Part shown: positions 39,813 to 49,894 of the stretch, one piece after another | Layout: every line of letters starts with the position of its first letter | How positions within the stretch are numbered: the first letter of the stretch is position 1 | Virus record (IMG/VR): IMGVR_UViG_3300030430_004473 | Span: 1 to 64,000 of that record | DNA length: 64,000 nucleotides | Strand: one strand, 5' to 3' | Source: a virus | Translations under genes and position numbers: made by a program | The notes under the pieces: generated by a model | Databases searched by the model: none | What the model was told of the DNA's origin: nothing | Seen by the model: only the letters and a program-made list of their open reading frames with translations

Positions 39813-39929
39813 GTGCGTGAATTCTATTTGAGAACATGTTCCTGTTGTTCAAAAGTATTTCAATTTAAGAAGATTAAAAAGAGCATATTAAAACCGAAAT
39901 GGATCTGTAAAAAATGTAGGCAATCATGA
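39813..39929 (+). CDS. 38-aa Zn-finger microprotein
   Basis: GAGG RBS, GTG start, CSCC..CKKC, ATGA coupling to next gene; absent from ORF track. Confidence 0.55.
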   Translation: MREFYLRTCSCCSKVFQFKKIKKSILKPKWICKKCRQS

Positions 39930-40141
39930 CGATTAAAATTATAATAAAATGTAGCAAGTGTGAAAAAGAATCGACAGTTTATAACATGAATGAAGTTGAT
40001 GTATTCAAATATATGGGCTGGCGTTTCTGTTCCAAAGATAACAGCTTACATACTTGTTCCGAGTGCTATGAAAAACAACAAAATCCAACCAAAGGAGAAA
40101 AGAAGAATGAGAGAAAAGAAACCGAGAGTCGATCTGGATAA
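39926..40141 (+). CDS. small Zn-finger protein
   Basis: CSKC..GW..CSEC. Confidence 0.6.
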   Translation: MTIKIIIKCSKCEKESTVYNMNEVDVFKYMGWRFCSKDNSLHTCSECYEKQQNPTKGEKKNERKETESRSG

Positions 40142-40337
40142 AGTAGGACATAAAGACAGAGAACGAATAGATCTTGTTATGCAAACTCAGAACGATAAGA
40201 AGAAGAAGCTCGAATATCTGAAAATGTGTATCAATACATATAATGCTATGTCAAATCGTCTTATAGCAGCTCGTGAAAGAGATCACTATATGATGATATC
40301 AAAGTATTGTGAAGATCTGATGAAAGGTATCAAATGA
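40107..40337 (+). CDS. hypothetical protein
   Basis: AAGGAG RBS before ATG 40107. Confidence 0.55.
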   Translation: MREKKPRVDLDKVGHKDRERIDLVMQTQNDKKKKLEYLKMCINTYNAMSNRLIAARERDHYMMISKYCEDLMKGIK

Positions 40338-40651
40338 CGATACATGACTTCATAGATTTAATTCCATATCGAAAGAAAAGATATTTTTGTAGAAAGGCCG
40401 GCATTGATAAAGATTCACTTCGTAGGTGGACCGAAAAAAAATGTCAACCGAGTACATTATCAATCATTTATTTGAGTATGGCCCTATCAAAAGAGCTAGG
40501 CTTGGACTTCAACAAGCTCTTATTGCAGGGAATCAAAGCAGCTGCAAGGATAAAGAATGACAGAATTTTTCAAGAAATACATGACAGAAGAAATGATACA
40601 GAAGTTGATACAACAGAATATCATAGAATATCAAACAATAATGAGCTATAA
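40334..40651 (+). CDS. XRE-like HTH protein
   Basis: FCRKAGIDKDSLRRW..P. Confidence 0.6.
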   Translation: MTIHDFIDLIPYRKKRYFCRKAGIDKDSLRRWTEKKCQPSTLSIIYLSMALSKELGLDFNKLLLQGIKAAARIKNDRIFQEIHDRRNDTEVDTTEYHRISNNNEL

Positions 40652-40778
40652 ACGTGAATACAGACAGAGTTCATGTTCGCCATATAATCTATGCTTAATC
40701 TGTTTGTTTATATCCAAAGAGCTAGGACTAGACTTTGATAAACTGTTACTAGAAGCTTGTGAAATGATACTAAATTAG
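40557..40778 (+). CDS. paralogue of upstream HTH protein
   Basis: Shares SKELGLDF.KLLL. Confidence 0.55.
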   Translation: MTEFFKKYMTEEMIQKLIQQNIIEYQTIMSYKREYRQSSCSPYNLCLICLFISKELGLDFDKLLLEACEMILN

Positions 40779-40837
40779 TAGGATATTACATCAAACTGTG
40801 ATATAATATATTACACAAGATCAACGGAGATATCATC

Positions 40838-41047
40838 ATGATTTGTTTGTATCAATATGAAAATAAGTCTTACATTATACGAATGATATGGTTTGTTTCT
40901 GAAGAATCTGGTGAAACAAAAGAATGGTATGGGGTTGTAGAGGGAGCTGATGATGTTTTGTTTACAAGTCTGTATCATGATGAAGTCTATGACTTCTATA
41001 TAAAAACAATCAACAATAGGAAAGCAAATGGCGATAAAAGACAATGA
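40838..41047 (+). CDS. hypothetical protein
   Basis: TGA-TATAAT and CAACGGAG RBS. Confidence 0.65.
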   Translation: MICLYQYENKSYIIRMIWFVSEESGETKEWYGVVEGADDVLFTSLYHDEVYDFYIKTINNRKANGDKRQ

Positions 41048-41318
41048 CATATTATGTTTTACAACGGATGAAATAATAGAAATGAATTGGGAAGCTATAG
41101 CTCTCGGTGATAGTAGACAATATTTATCTGAAGAAGGGATCAAAGCTCTAGATCCACAAGGATATCATGTATTGAGAAACAAACTAAATTTAGAAGTATG
41201 TATCAGAATGGTGTTATTATTGAAAACAGAAAATGTATCAGAACCGATAATTGGCATGATCGATATATCACATGAAGATTATGAACGAATTTATCAAGAG
41301 GCCATCCAAATACAATGA
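41028..41318 (+). CDS. hypothetical protein
   Basis: AGGA RBS. Confidence 0.55.
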   Translation: MAIKDNDILCFTTDEIIEMNWEAIALGDSRQYLSEEGIKALDPQGYHVLRNKLNLEVCIRMVLLLKTENVSEPIIGMIDISHEDYERIYQEAIQIQ

Positions 41319-42973
41319 AGCTTAGAGATTTATTTGATTTAACTGATAGTAGCACGATAGTAAATTCGTTTTGGCAATCACGTTTTCAACAGAACAAAAT
41401 CTATCCTCTAGTTGGGGTAGATATCATCTTTGCGAATGGTAAACGAATCCGGATGAGTACGCAATCAGTAACATTGTATGATTCAAATAATTCAGCTGTA
41501 GTCTATGAACCGTTATTAATTAACGAACCAAATATCAATGAAAGTTATGATTGGAAAGGTGGATCACCGAGTCAAAGATCGTTTACAGTTTCGATAGACG
41601 GTAGACGTGTAAATGCTCTGGATATTGTTTTTGGCGGTAATATGCTAGCTGGCTCAGCTGAATTATCGTTGATTGATGATGATGTGCCTTATGAAAAACG
41701 CTTTGTGTTTATGATTGGTGATATGATATCAGGTGTGAGTTTTGGAGCTGATCGAGAAACTGTTGAAGTAACAATATCAGATCCTAAATTGACCGTAGAT
41801 AAGATTATACCGGAATATATTACAACCGAAGAAAGTTTGCCCGATCTACCGGAGAATCAACAAAGTCAAAGGTATCCGTTAATATTTAATCGTTGGAATA
41901 AAGTGCCGGCTATTATGATCGATATGAATATTCTAACGCCAAAATATCTAGTAGCCTATGGTCATGATATCGAAGTGAAAAAAGTTTTTAGAAATGGTAC
42001 TGGTACAGTTAGCGAAGCCGAAGCTACAATGAACGGCCTAATTAGTAATCCTAGTTTGTACCAATGGAAAGTTATATATGAATATGATGAGCTTAGTAGA
42101 CCTTACACTGGAATAGAGTTTGTAGATTCGCCAAATTATATAATAGGAGAAAACACGTTTACAGATTCAGATACAGTATATTGTGATGTAATAAAGAAGA
42201 ACGATAAATTCACAGTAATAGATTTGGCAGTGTTCTTATTGTCAAACTATACAGATTTTGGAATTAAGAGTATTGATGAAGTACTGACTAGCAGATCAAA
42301 ACTGAAAGAACCACAAGGGCTATCTTCGAACGTTTGTATCAATGGAAGTGGTGATAATGTAACCACAACAATTGAATTCATATCTAGCACTCTTCTCGGT
42401 TCGTTTCCTATGATACAATTAGCTTATTCAGCTCAAGGGATCGGCTTGGTATTCACTGATAGAAATCCAAAGTATTCAGTTTTAAGTTTGGTATCTGGTC
42501 AAAATCTTCTATTTGATCGAGTATCCGGTTTTACAGAATCAAGTAGAGAAGAAATATATAACAAGTTCACACTTCAGTATGATTATAATGCTATGAACGA
42601 TAACTATAACAAAACACTTGAACGAAATTCCACAAATCACAACCTTTGTAAGTTATCAGAACAGAAGATCGGCCTCAGAGAAATGGAGCCGGTTCTAGCT
42701 ATAAATGTCTTTGATGATACTACAGCTCAATATATTATTGATTGGTTATCAAATCATTATACATTTCCTACATATACAGTAGAGTATGAAGGATCGCCAA
42801 AACTGTTTTTTCTGTTAAAAGTAGGTGATAATATACAGCTATCAGACGAGAAATTAAACATTTCAAATATCAATGGAACAGTAGAAGCTTTATCTTACCA
42901 AAGAGGAAAAGTGTCTATCGTATTGAAATTATGGATTTTGTTTGATGTTATAAATGGTTATGTGTTAAGATGA
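41315..42973 (+). CDS. tail tip / baseplate hub protein (Tal-like)
   Basis: YPLIF, C-terminal LKVGDNIQL motif; structural composition. Confidence 0.65.
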   Translation: MKLRDLFDLTDSSTIVNSFWQSRFQQNKIYPLVGVDIIFANGKRIRMSTQSVTLYDSNNSAVVYEPLLINEPNINESYDWKGGSPSQRSFTVSIDGRRVNALDIVFGGNMLAGSAELSLIDDDVPYEKRFVFMIGDMISGVSFGADRETVEVTISDPKLTVDKIIPEYITTEESLPDLPENQQSQRYPLIFNRWNKVPAIMIDMNILTPKYLVAYGHDIEVKKVFRNGTGTVSEAEATMNGLISNPSLYQWKVIYEYDELSRPYTGIEFVDSPNYIIGENTFTDSDTVYCDVIKKNDKFTVIDLAVFLLSNYTDFGIKSIDEVLTSRSKLKEPQGLSSNVCINGSGDNVTTTIEFISSTLLGSFPMIQLAYSAQGIGLVFTDRNPKYSVLSLVSGQNLLFDRVSGFTESSREEIYNKFTLQYDYNAMNDNYNKTLERNSTNHNLCKLSEQKIGLREMEPVLAINVFDDTTAQYIIDWLSNHYTFPTYTVEYEGSPKLFFLLKVGDNIQLSDEKLNISNINGTVEALSYQRGKVSIVLKLWILFDVINGYVLR

Positions 42974-42997
42974 TTTTACTCGAATCAGGAGAATATC

Positions 42998-43294
42998 ATG
43001 TCAAATCAGAGAGAAATATATAAAACACTATTAGCTTCACTTCCTATCAATGAAATCGTTGAGCTTGCTGAAATCCTATCTGAAAAAGGATTTAGCGAAG
43101 AAGATACAATTCAACAAGTATCTTTAATGATTGACGGAATGTTAGACTTTACGAAGATAATAAAGAAGAATCCGGCAGTAGGCCAAGCCATAGAAGCTAT
43201 AGATGATAAACTGATAGCAACGATCATCAAAATAGCTGTTTCAGTAGCCAAAACAAAGAAGTTATTTGGCAGAAGTGGAAGATTAAGTAGATAA
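42998..43294 (+). CDS. hypothetical protein
   Basis: AGGAG RBS. Confidence 0.6.
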   Translation: MSNQREIYKTLLASLPINEIVELAEILSEKGFSEEDTIQQVSLMIDGMLDFTKIIKKNPAVGQAIEAIDDKLIATIIKIAVSVAKTKKLFGRSGRLSR

Positions 43295-43297
43295 TAA

Positions 43298-44584
43298 ATG
43301 GCTGGAAATTTAACAGTAGACCGATCTTCTGGCTATACAGCTTCGGATCTCAATACTTTTTTTGATAATGCAGTAACTACAATCAATGGGGTATTGCCAA
43401 ACGGAATTGCTATACAATTTGGTAATGCGTTCGCTAACATATCAATAGCTGACAATAATAATCTAGTTTCTGTTTTTAGTGCTTCGAGAGTTACAAATAA
43501 TGATATATCAGCTTCAATCATGACGCCCGTTGATGTACTGAAAGCAATTAATTATTTAGGAATGAATTTGTCTGAACAAAGCAATTCTACTTGGGTTGTT
43601 GGTGGGTTTCCGGTAGATTCATCAACAGGAATTCAATCGTGGGAAGTACTTGTAGCAAGTCAATCAACCGAAGAAGAAGAGCTAGCAATAACAGAAGAAC
43701 AACAAGATATGGCTACATTATTTGGCGAATCTGATATAGATACCGCAAATACAGTTCAATCAATGAACATCATCAATCAGAGTACAAATAAAGCTGAACA
43801 ATTGAATAGTTTGGGAATCAATGATCGTTTGTTCCAAACAACAGAAAGCATGACGGCTTTTATTTTGAATAATCCGGCTCAAAATGCAGCTCAAAATGCT
43901 ACTACTCAAGTGTGGAATACGAACACACTACTACAAGGCCAAACAGTAGCAGATAAAGGCCTAGCTGAATTCGGTAGTTTTGTAAATAACTTTTTCAGTA
44001 TGTTTCAAGTACAACCTCTTTCAAATAGTGGTGGTGCAACGTGGAATCAAACAGCTTTTTCAGAAGAAACTGTTGACAGTTCGTTATCAGACAAAAGCGA
44101 TCTTCCTAGATTGACGAGAGAAACGTTTAATGATGTATCGACAGGAGGCTGGGGACCCGTTCCGAATCCAAGCGTTTCAGCTCTTACTACATTAACAATT
44201 GAAACTTTTGAAGATAGTCAAGGAATAATCAATAATATCGTTGGTTGGTTTCAGAATCCTAGAAACAATCCGAGACAAGTAACAATCGAAAGCTTTTCAA
44301 AAGAATGGCCTGAAGGTAGGTACCCACAACGCATTTGTTCAGGATCTAGTTCTGGAGATCTTGAAGAAATAACAGAAAACATCAGTTCTCAAATAACTGG
44401 ATCAGCTACTACATTTTCTTTGACAAACCAATATTCTAGTGGTAGTTTAAGAGTGTATTGGAATGGTCAACGTCAAATAGTAGGCGAAACAATAACAGAA
44501 TTATCCAATAAGACATTTTCAACGACATTTGTTCCTCTAGTAGGACAATACTTGATCGTAGACTATGTACCTTCTGAACAATAA
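43298..44584 (+). CDS. virion structural protein
   Basis: S/T/N-rich; C-terminal GSATTFSL..LRVYWNGQRQ beta domain. Confidence 0.6.
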   Translation: MAGNLTVDRSSGYTASDLNTFFDNAVTTINGVLPNGIAIQFGNAFANISIADNNNLVSVFSASRVTNNDISASIMTPVDVLKAINYLGMNLSEQSNSTWVVGGFPVDSSTGIQSWEVLVASQSTEEEELAITEEQQDMATLFGESDIDTANTVQSMNIINQSTNKAEQLNSLGINDRLFQTTESMTAFILNNPAQNAAQNATTQVWNTNTLLQGQTVADKGLAEFGSFVNNFFSMFQVQPLSNSGGATWNQTAFSEETVDSSLSDKSDLPRLTRETFNDVSTGGWGPVPNPSVSALTTLTIETFEDSQGIINNIVGWFQNPRNNPRQVTIESFSKEWPEGRYPQRICSGSSSGDLEEITENISSQITGSATTFSLTNQYSSGSLRVYWNGQRQIVGETITELSNKTFSTTFVPLVGQYLIVDYVPSEQ

Positions 44585-44616
44585 TCTTTTATTTTTTTAT
44601 ACTATTTGGAGCGATT

Positions 44617-47121
44617 ATGGCTATACAATTTGTTCGCGATCAATTGATTGACGCGATTATTAACCCTAGTAAAATAGATCTAACTACTGGAAACTACGAT
44701 TTTTCTAGTGTTACATCACTAACTTATAAAACCCCTACTACTGACTCTGAAGTAGCTATTAAGAGTTACGTTGATAGTGTTATCAACGGCCTTAACTGGA
44801 AAGACACTTGCCGAGCAGCTTCAACAGCTAACATTACTGGTACTTATGCAAATGGAACGGATGGCGTTGGTGCTACTCTTACAGTTACAAACTCCGGAAT
44901 TACACAAGATGGCGTTACACTTCGAGCAAATGATCGTATACTGTTGAAAAATCAGACAACAGATCCAGCTGAAAACGGTATTTATCAGCTTTCAACAGAC
45001 GGAAACGCATTAGGAGCTTCAGTTGAAGTAACTATAGCAAATGCAAGTAACATTACAAGTGGTGTAAAAGGAAAAGTACTTGTCGATCTAGTAAACAACG
45101 GAAATCTAGTCAATAACGTATCAAATCTTGTTATTGATGATTTTACTGGAACATCACACACATTTACATTTGGAGATGGCGTTGGTAATGTAGCAATAGG
45201 TGCTAGTGCAGCTGACACAATGACGAATCTAACAAATGCTATAGAAGCTCAAAATCCTAGAAAATTTCAAATAGATCAGAGTGGATCTCAAAGATTTATA
45301 TATTTAGCGGATGCAGGAGCTTCTAGTGATAATCCTCAAATAGCTAGTAATGCTATGACAGCTTTTGAATTAGGTGCTCAAACTACTTCACCTCAATCAT
45401 TTACTACCGGTAGTAGTGGCGATAAGATTACATTCACAAAGGCTGATGATAGTACAGTAATAATGGAAGCTGTATTGAGTACCCCAGGCCGAATTGGTAA
45501 TCAATTTGAAAAAACAGCTACTTCAGTAAATCAAGAAGTATCTTTATCTTTGCGAGATTCTTTAGTAGGTAATCCCGATCTTGACGCTAGAATAGACAAT
45601 GTAGATCCTGATAAAGTTATTGTATCGTTAGTAACTACCGGAACCGGTGGAAACGGAAAAGCAGTTACTTATTCACTTAGTAATGCCGGATGTATAACTG
45701 GAGGCTCCACATTTGAAAACGGTCAAGCTGTAACTAACTCAGTACTAACTAGAACGACAGATTTTGATATTGGTTCTGAAATGGCTAGTGCAGCTGTGTT
45801 TATCGAAGAAGGTACAACAAATGGAGATAACGGGTTTACATTAACTACAAATCAACCTATTCAAGTTGGTTTCACAAGTCTAACATTTGTTCAGTTCAAT
45901 GGTGCCGGTCAAATAACAGCTGGAGCCGGTCTTTCAAAGTCTGGAAATACGTTATCGGTTAATGTTGATGATAATACTCTTGAAATTAATGGCGATACTT
46001 TAAGAATCAAATCAAGTGCAGCTGGAAATGGTTTGACAGGTGGTGGGCCTTTAGCATTATCAGTTCAAAATGATGGGACTACAATTACTGTAGGGGCCGG
46101 TGGTATTAAGGTTTCAGACAATGGCATAACTGAAAATCAATTAGCTGGTTCTGTAGCCGGTGACGGTCTTAGTGGTGGAGGCGGTTCAGCTCTTGCTTTG
46201 GATATTGCAGAATTAACATCAGAAGTAATAGCTAGTGGTGACTTCCTTGCGTTTGCGGATGATAGTGCTGGTGGAAAGCCTACGAAGAAAGAAACAGTAG
46301 ACGATTTGGCAGCTTTATTTGCCGGTACTGGACTTGCAGCTGCTTCAGCAGTGTTATCGTTAGATATTAACAGTTTAACCGGTGCAGCTATACAAGGTGT
46401 TGATGAAATCGTATTTTCAGACACAAGTGATTCTAACAACATAAGAAAAGAAACAATCACTGATTTAGCTGCTTTCTTTGCTGGGACTGGTCTAGGATCT
46501 TCTAACGGTGTTCTAGCCTTAGATATTGCTAACATGACAGCTGCTACAATAGCTTCCGGTGACTTTATAACATTTTCTGATACAGGTTCTTCTGACGCTA
46601 TAAGAAAAGAAAGTATTGATGATATTGCTAGTTTGTTTGCTGGAAATGGTTTGAGTGCTAGTTCAGCTGTAATGGCTCTAGATCTCAATGAATTAACAGC
46701 TGCAACAGTAAACGTAGCCAATGATAGCATAGCGATTATAGACGCTGATGATTCTAACAGTACAAAGAAAGAATCTATTTCCGATCTTGTAAGTGCTATA
46801 GCTGGTACAGGTTTATCAGAAACTAGTGGTGTGTTAAATGTTGGTTCTCTCTCATTTTCTGAATTGGCATTTAGACCTTACATAGATAATTTTACAGCGA
46901 ACGGTTCTACTCTTGCATTTGCTCTAACAAATGATATCAATTCAGCTACTTGGGTGTTTGGAGCTGTTGTATCTAGGAATGGTCAAATCTTGAAACGTGT
47001 AGCAGCTTCACCAGCTGATTCTAGTGAATATACTATCGCTTCTAGTGGTGGTACTACAACCGTAACACTAGGAGCTAACCCAGCTAACGGTGAATTGATT
47101 CAAGTGAATTATTTCGCTTAG
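44617..47121 (+). CDS. tail fibre / virion fibre protein
   Basis: WKDTCRAASTANI..DRILLKNQT..ENGIY, ITAGAGL, GDGL repeats. Confidence 0.7.
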   Translation: MAIQFVRDQLIDAIINPSKIDLTTGNYDFSSVTSLTYKTPTTDSEVAIKSYVDSVINGLNWKDTCRAASTANITGTYANGTDGVGATLTVTNSGITQDGVTLRANDRILLKNQTTDPAENGIYQLSTDGNALGASVEVTIANASNITSGVKGKVLVDLVNNGNLVNNVSNLVIDDFTGTSHTFTFGDGVGNVAIGASAADTMTNLTNAIEAQNPRKFQIDQSGSQRFIYLADAGASSDNPQIASNAMTAFELGAQTTSPQSFTTGSSGDKITFTKADDSTVIMEAVLSTPGRIGNQFEKTATSVNQEVSLSLRDSLVGNPDLDARIDNVDPDKVIVSLVTTGTGGNGKAVTYSLSNAGCITGGSTFENGQAVTNSVLTRTTDFDIGSEMASAAVFIEEGTTNGDNGFTLTTNQPIQVGFTSLTFVQFNGAGQITAGAGLSKSGNTLSVNVDDNTLEINGDTLRIKSSAAGNGLTGGGPLALSVQNDGTTITVGAGGIKVSDNGITENQLAGSVAGDGLSGGGGSALALDIAELTSEVIASGDFLAFADDSAGGKPTKKETVDDLAALFAGTGLAAASAVLSLDINSLTGAAIQGVDEIVFSDTSDSNNIRKETITDLAAFFAGTGLGSSNGVLALDIANMTAATIASGDFITFSDTGSSDAIRKESIDDIASLFAGNGLSASSAVMALDLNELTAATVNVANDSIAIIDADDSNSTKKESISDLVSAIAGTGLSETSGVLNVGSLSFSELAFRPYIDNFTANGSTLAFALTNDINSATWVFGAVVSRNGQILKRVAASPADSSEYTIASSGGTTTVTLGANPANGELIQVNYFA
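46192..46840 (+). repeat. four ~53-aa tandem repeats in fibre
   Basis: LxLDIxxLT..SGD....D....KE.I.DLA..FAG.GL four times. Confidence 0.75.
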
Positions 47122-47183
47122 TAAATAATTAAAAGAATTTCTTCGGGTTGGAGAATTAATAATAATACAATTTATTGTATTCC

Positions 47184-47228
47184 GCTCCTTTCTATGTTAT
47201 ACAAAATGATATAGAAAGGAGCTTTTTT
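47184..47228 (+). terminator. terminator hairpin overlapping the next promoter and RBS
   Basis: GCTCCTTTCTAT/ATAGAAAGGAGC perfect inverted repeat followed by T6. Confidence 0.75.
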
Positions 47229-47600
47229 ATGTTTGTGATTTATATTAAATTGAATGGTGCCAAAGAAATAGCACCGGTGCCTTGCAAAGCGATATTTGAA
47301 AGTGCGATACTGGGATCTGATTATATGGAGCTACATGGTGTTGATGAAAGAATCAAAGATAATATCTTGCCAAAGGCCACGATCAAAGTCATGACGATAC
47401 GCAAAGCTCATATTGAGTCAATCGTATCTTTCAATGCTTACAAAGAAGATGTTAGAAAAGATATTGTTGAACCAAAAGAAGAACCAAAGACAGAAAAACC
47501 ACCGCCAAAGAAAGAAGTAGTGAAGAAGAAAGAAGAACCAAAGACAAAACGCAAGTATGTTCGAAGTGGTAAGTATTCAAAGAAGAACAAAGTGAAATAA
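47229..47600 (+). CDS. hypothetical protein, K-rich C-terminus
   Basis: AAGGAG RBS before ATG 47229. Confidence 0.65.
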   Translation: MFVIYIKLNGAKEIAPVPCKAIFESAILGSDYMELHGVDERIKDNILPKATIKVMTIRKAHIESIVSFNAYKEDVRKDIVEPKEEPKTEKPPPKKEVVKKKEEPKTKRKYVRSGKYSKKNKVK

Positions 47601-47604
47601 TCGA

Positions 47605-47943
47605 ATGACATTTGATGAATACGACCGAGAAGCTGAAAAAACAGCTAACTATCCTAGAGTGAACAACATAGGCCTTTGCTATGTATTTTTGGGCTTGGTT
47701 GAAGAAGCTGGTGAATGTTCTGGAAAAATCAAAAAGATAATTCGTGATGAAGAAAGTATAGAAGTAGGAATACAGAAAAAGAAATATGATATCATCAAAG
47801 AGCTTGGTGATGTTCTATGGTACGTTTCAGCATGTGCTAGAGAAATCGGAACAGATCTAGAAACGATAGCCAAAGAAAATAATAAGAAGTTACAAAGTAG
47901 ATATGAACGTGGTACGATAAAAGGAAGTGGTGACAACCGATAG
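47605..47943 (+). CDS. MazG-like NTP pyrophosphohydrolase
   Basis: LGLVEEAGE..ELGDVLWY..N..KL..R..GSGDNR. Confidence 0.88.
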   Translation: MTFDEYDREAEKTANYPRVNNIGLCYVFLGLVEEAGECSGKIKKIIRDEESIEVGIQKKKYDIIKELGDVLWYVSACAREIGTDLETIAKENNKKLQSRYERGTIKGSGDNR

Positions 47944-47953
47944 GAGAATAGAC

Positions 47954-48208
47954 ATGTCAAATGAATTAAATTGGTTTCATATCAGACGTTGGAACAAAAA
48001 TAGAGCAGTTAGAAAACATCAGTTTGAAATGGCAAAAAGAAATCCTTCAGAAACTGACGATCAAATCATCCGAGCAATAGCTCAGAACAATGTCACAATT
48101 ACAAGAAAGGATACAGAAGATGAAAACAGGAAACAAGATCATAACGAAAGTTCTACCGAAACCGCTACACTGGACTCTACACAACATGATAGCTCATCCA
48201 ACGAGTGA
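47954..48208 (+). CDS. hypothetical protein
   Basis: AGGAG RBS. Confidence 0.5.
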   Translation: MSNELNWFHIRRWNKNRAVRKHQFEMAKRNPSETDDQIIRAIAQNNVTITRKDTEDENRKQDHNESSTETATLDSTQHDSSSNE

Positions 48209-48335
48209 AATATTTTGGTTAGGTGGTTATGTATTACTTAAAAAGTTTGATCGTGGATCGAGTTTGATTAGGTTCGGTAATCTGATTCATGATATTACAA
48301 TACCATATCATCAACGTGGTGAAGGGAGAGGATAA
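48120..48335 (+). CDS. hypothetical protein
   Basis: AAGG RBS; WTLHNMIAHP..HD motif. Confidence 0.55.
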   Translation: MKTGNKIITKVLPKPLHWTLHNMIAHPTSEIFWLGGYVLLKKFDRGSSLIRFGNLIHDITIPYHQRGEGRG

Positions 48336-49831
48336 TGTCAAAGAGCAATTGGAGCGGAGGATCTGGCTGGGGAGCTATAAACGATCCGACAGGGCTATTA
48401 ACCGGTAGAGTGCTAGTCACTACAGCTGGTCAAAGTCAGTATGCAGAAGATTATTTGTTTACACTGGCAGGAACAACAACAAATTTCACTGATGTTCATT
48501 ATGCAGTAACTATGAATTATGCGTTTCCTACATACGTCAGTGCTACTACGTTTAATGGAGCTTCATTGGGTATTATTAGCCGAGCTTCAGCTCTGACTAC
48601 TACGGCCCCTACAACAGCTGAATCTTGTTATATTGGTCGAATATCGCCAAAAGATGGGGTTGCTGAAATAGTTAGAAGAGTGTCTGGTGTTGATACTGTG
48701 TTAGCTAGTTCTACTCTTTCAAATGATACATATACTTATGGTGTATTGCATACTATGAGATTGAATACATTTGGAACAAATCCCGTAACGATTCAATTCT
48801 TAGTAGATGATGAAGTGTTAGTTAATGCTGGAGATTCTTCGGTTTCAGCTTTGGTTACTGGATATGCTGGTATTCAAATGCAAGGTGGGACCGCTTATGT
48901 AGATAACTTCACGATATTCCAATATACTTCATCCGGAACAGGAGCTTATACTGGCCTATATCCAAACAGTTTCTATGACACAGCTGTAGATCTAACATCT
49001 ACATTTCTCATTCTATGGTTAAGAGGTGATGTAGGTTTAACAAAGACTGGAGATTTTGTAGATTCGTGGGCAGATTCTTCACAAACTCGATTGGGTTCAA
49101 GTTATTCATTAACTCAAACCGGTAGTAATAGACCGGAATCGCCCACATCAGCTACGTTGAATAGTTTGGCTTATGTTCGTTTTGATCGATCAAAGAATAA
49201 TTTTCTACAAGGAGCTATCAATTCTGGATTCGATATATTCAATTCGGGATTTAATCTAGGCGTAGCTATGTTTGCAGTAATTAGATTTTGGGAAAATAAT
49301 GGTATAGTTGGAGATGGCAGATCTGTTTCAGATCCTGATGATACTGTAGCTCCACTTGGTAATTACGGAAGAGGATATCAATTTGAAGCTGTGAATTCTA
49401 TTTTAAGTAGTACAACACACGACAGAGATGGAAGATTTTTCAACAATAGTGCGGCTCAAGTAAAGGGGCCGGCCTTTGTAATGCAGAATTGGGGAATACT
49501 AGAAATCATATCTTTTGGCACTATAACAAATAGAGCAGCTGTTTATTTTAATGGATCAATAGTGGGAACAGTACTATCTGATAGACCGTTGAATTCAGAT
49601 TTATCAGATCCAGGCTTATTGTTTATGCTAGGTAGAAGAGTGTTTACTGAAACAGCTCCGGATTATCTATATGGATCATTTGATCTAGCAGAATATTTAT
49701 TGGTTCAAGTTGGTTCTGGTGGCATGACAGATACGATTCGCCAAAAGACAGAAGGATATCTAGCTTGGAAGTGGAATTTAGAGGCCTTACTTCCTTCTAG
49801 TCACCCTTTTAAGACTTCACCACCAACATAA
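48335..49831 (+). CDS. virion protein with LamG/concanavalin-like domains
   Basis: LWLRGD..VDSWAD..EGYLAWKWNL..LPSSHPFK. Confidence 0.65.
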   Translation: MSKSNWSGGSGWGAINDPTGLLTGRVLVTTAGQSQYAEDYLFTLAGTTTNFTDVHYAVTMNYAFPTYVSATTFNGASLGIISRASALTTTAPTTAESCYIGRISPKDGVAEIVRRVSGVDTVLASSTLSNDTYTYGVLHTMRLNTFGTNPVTIQFLVDDEVLVNAGDSSVSALVTGYAGIQMQGGTAYVDNFTIFQYTSSGTGAYTGLYPNSFYDTAVDLTSTFLILWLRGDVGLTKTGDFVDSWADSSQTRLGSSYSLTQTGSNRPESPTSATLNSLAYVRFDRSKNNFLQGAINSGFDIFNSGFNLGVAMFAVIRFWENNGIVGDGRSVSDPDDTVAPLGNYGRGYQFEAVNSILSSTTHDRDGRFFNNSAAQVKGPAFVMQNWGILEIISFGTITNRAAVYFNGSIVGTVLSDRPLNSDLSDPGLLFMLGRRVFTETAPDYLYGSFDLAEYLLVQVGSGGMTDTIRQKTEGYLAWKWNLEALLPSSHPFKTSPPT

Positions 49832-49840
49832 TACTACAAA

Positions 49841-49869
49841 TTGACATATAGATCATTTTGTGTTATTAT
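49841..49869 (+). promoter_or_regulatory. sigma70-type promoter
   Basis: TTGACA-17-(TGT)TATTAT. Confidence 0.75.
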
Positions 49870-49894
49870 TGAATATATACCAAAGGAGATCAAC

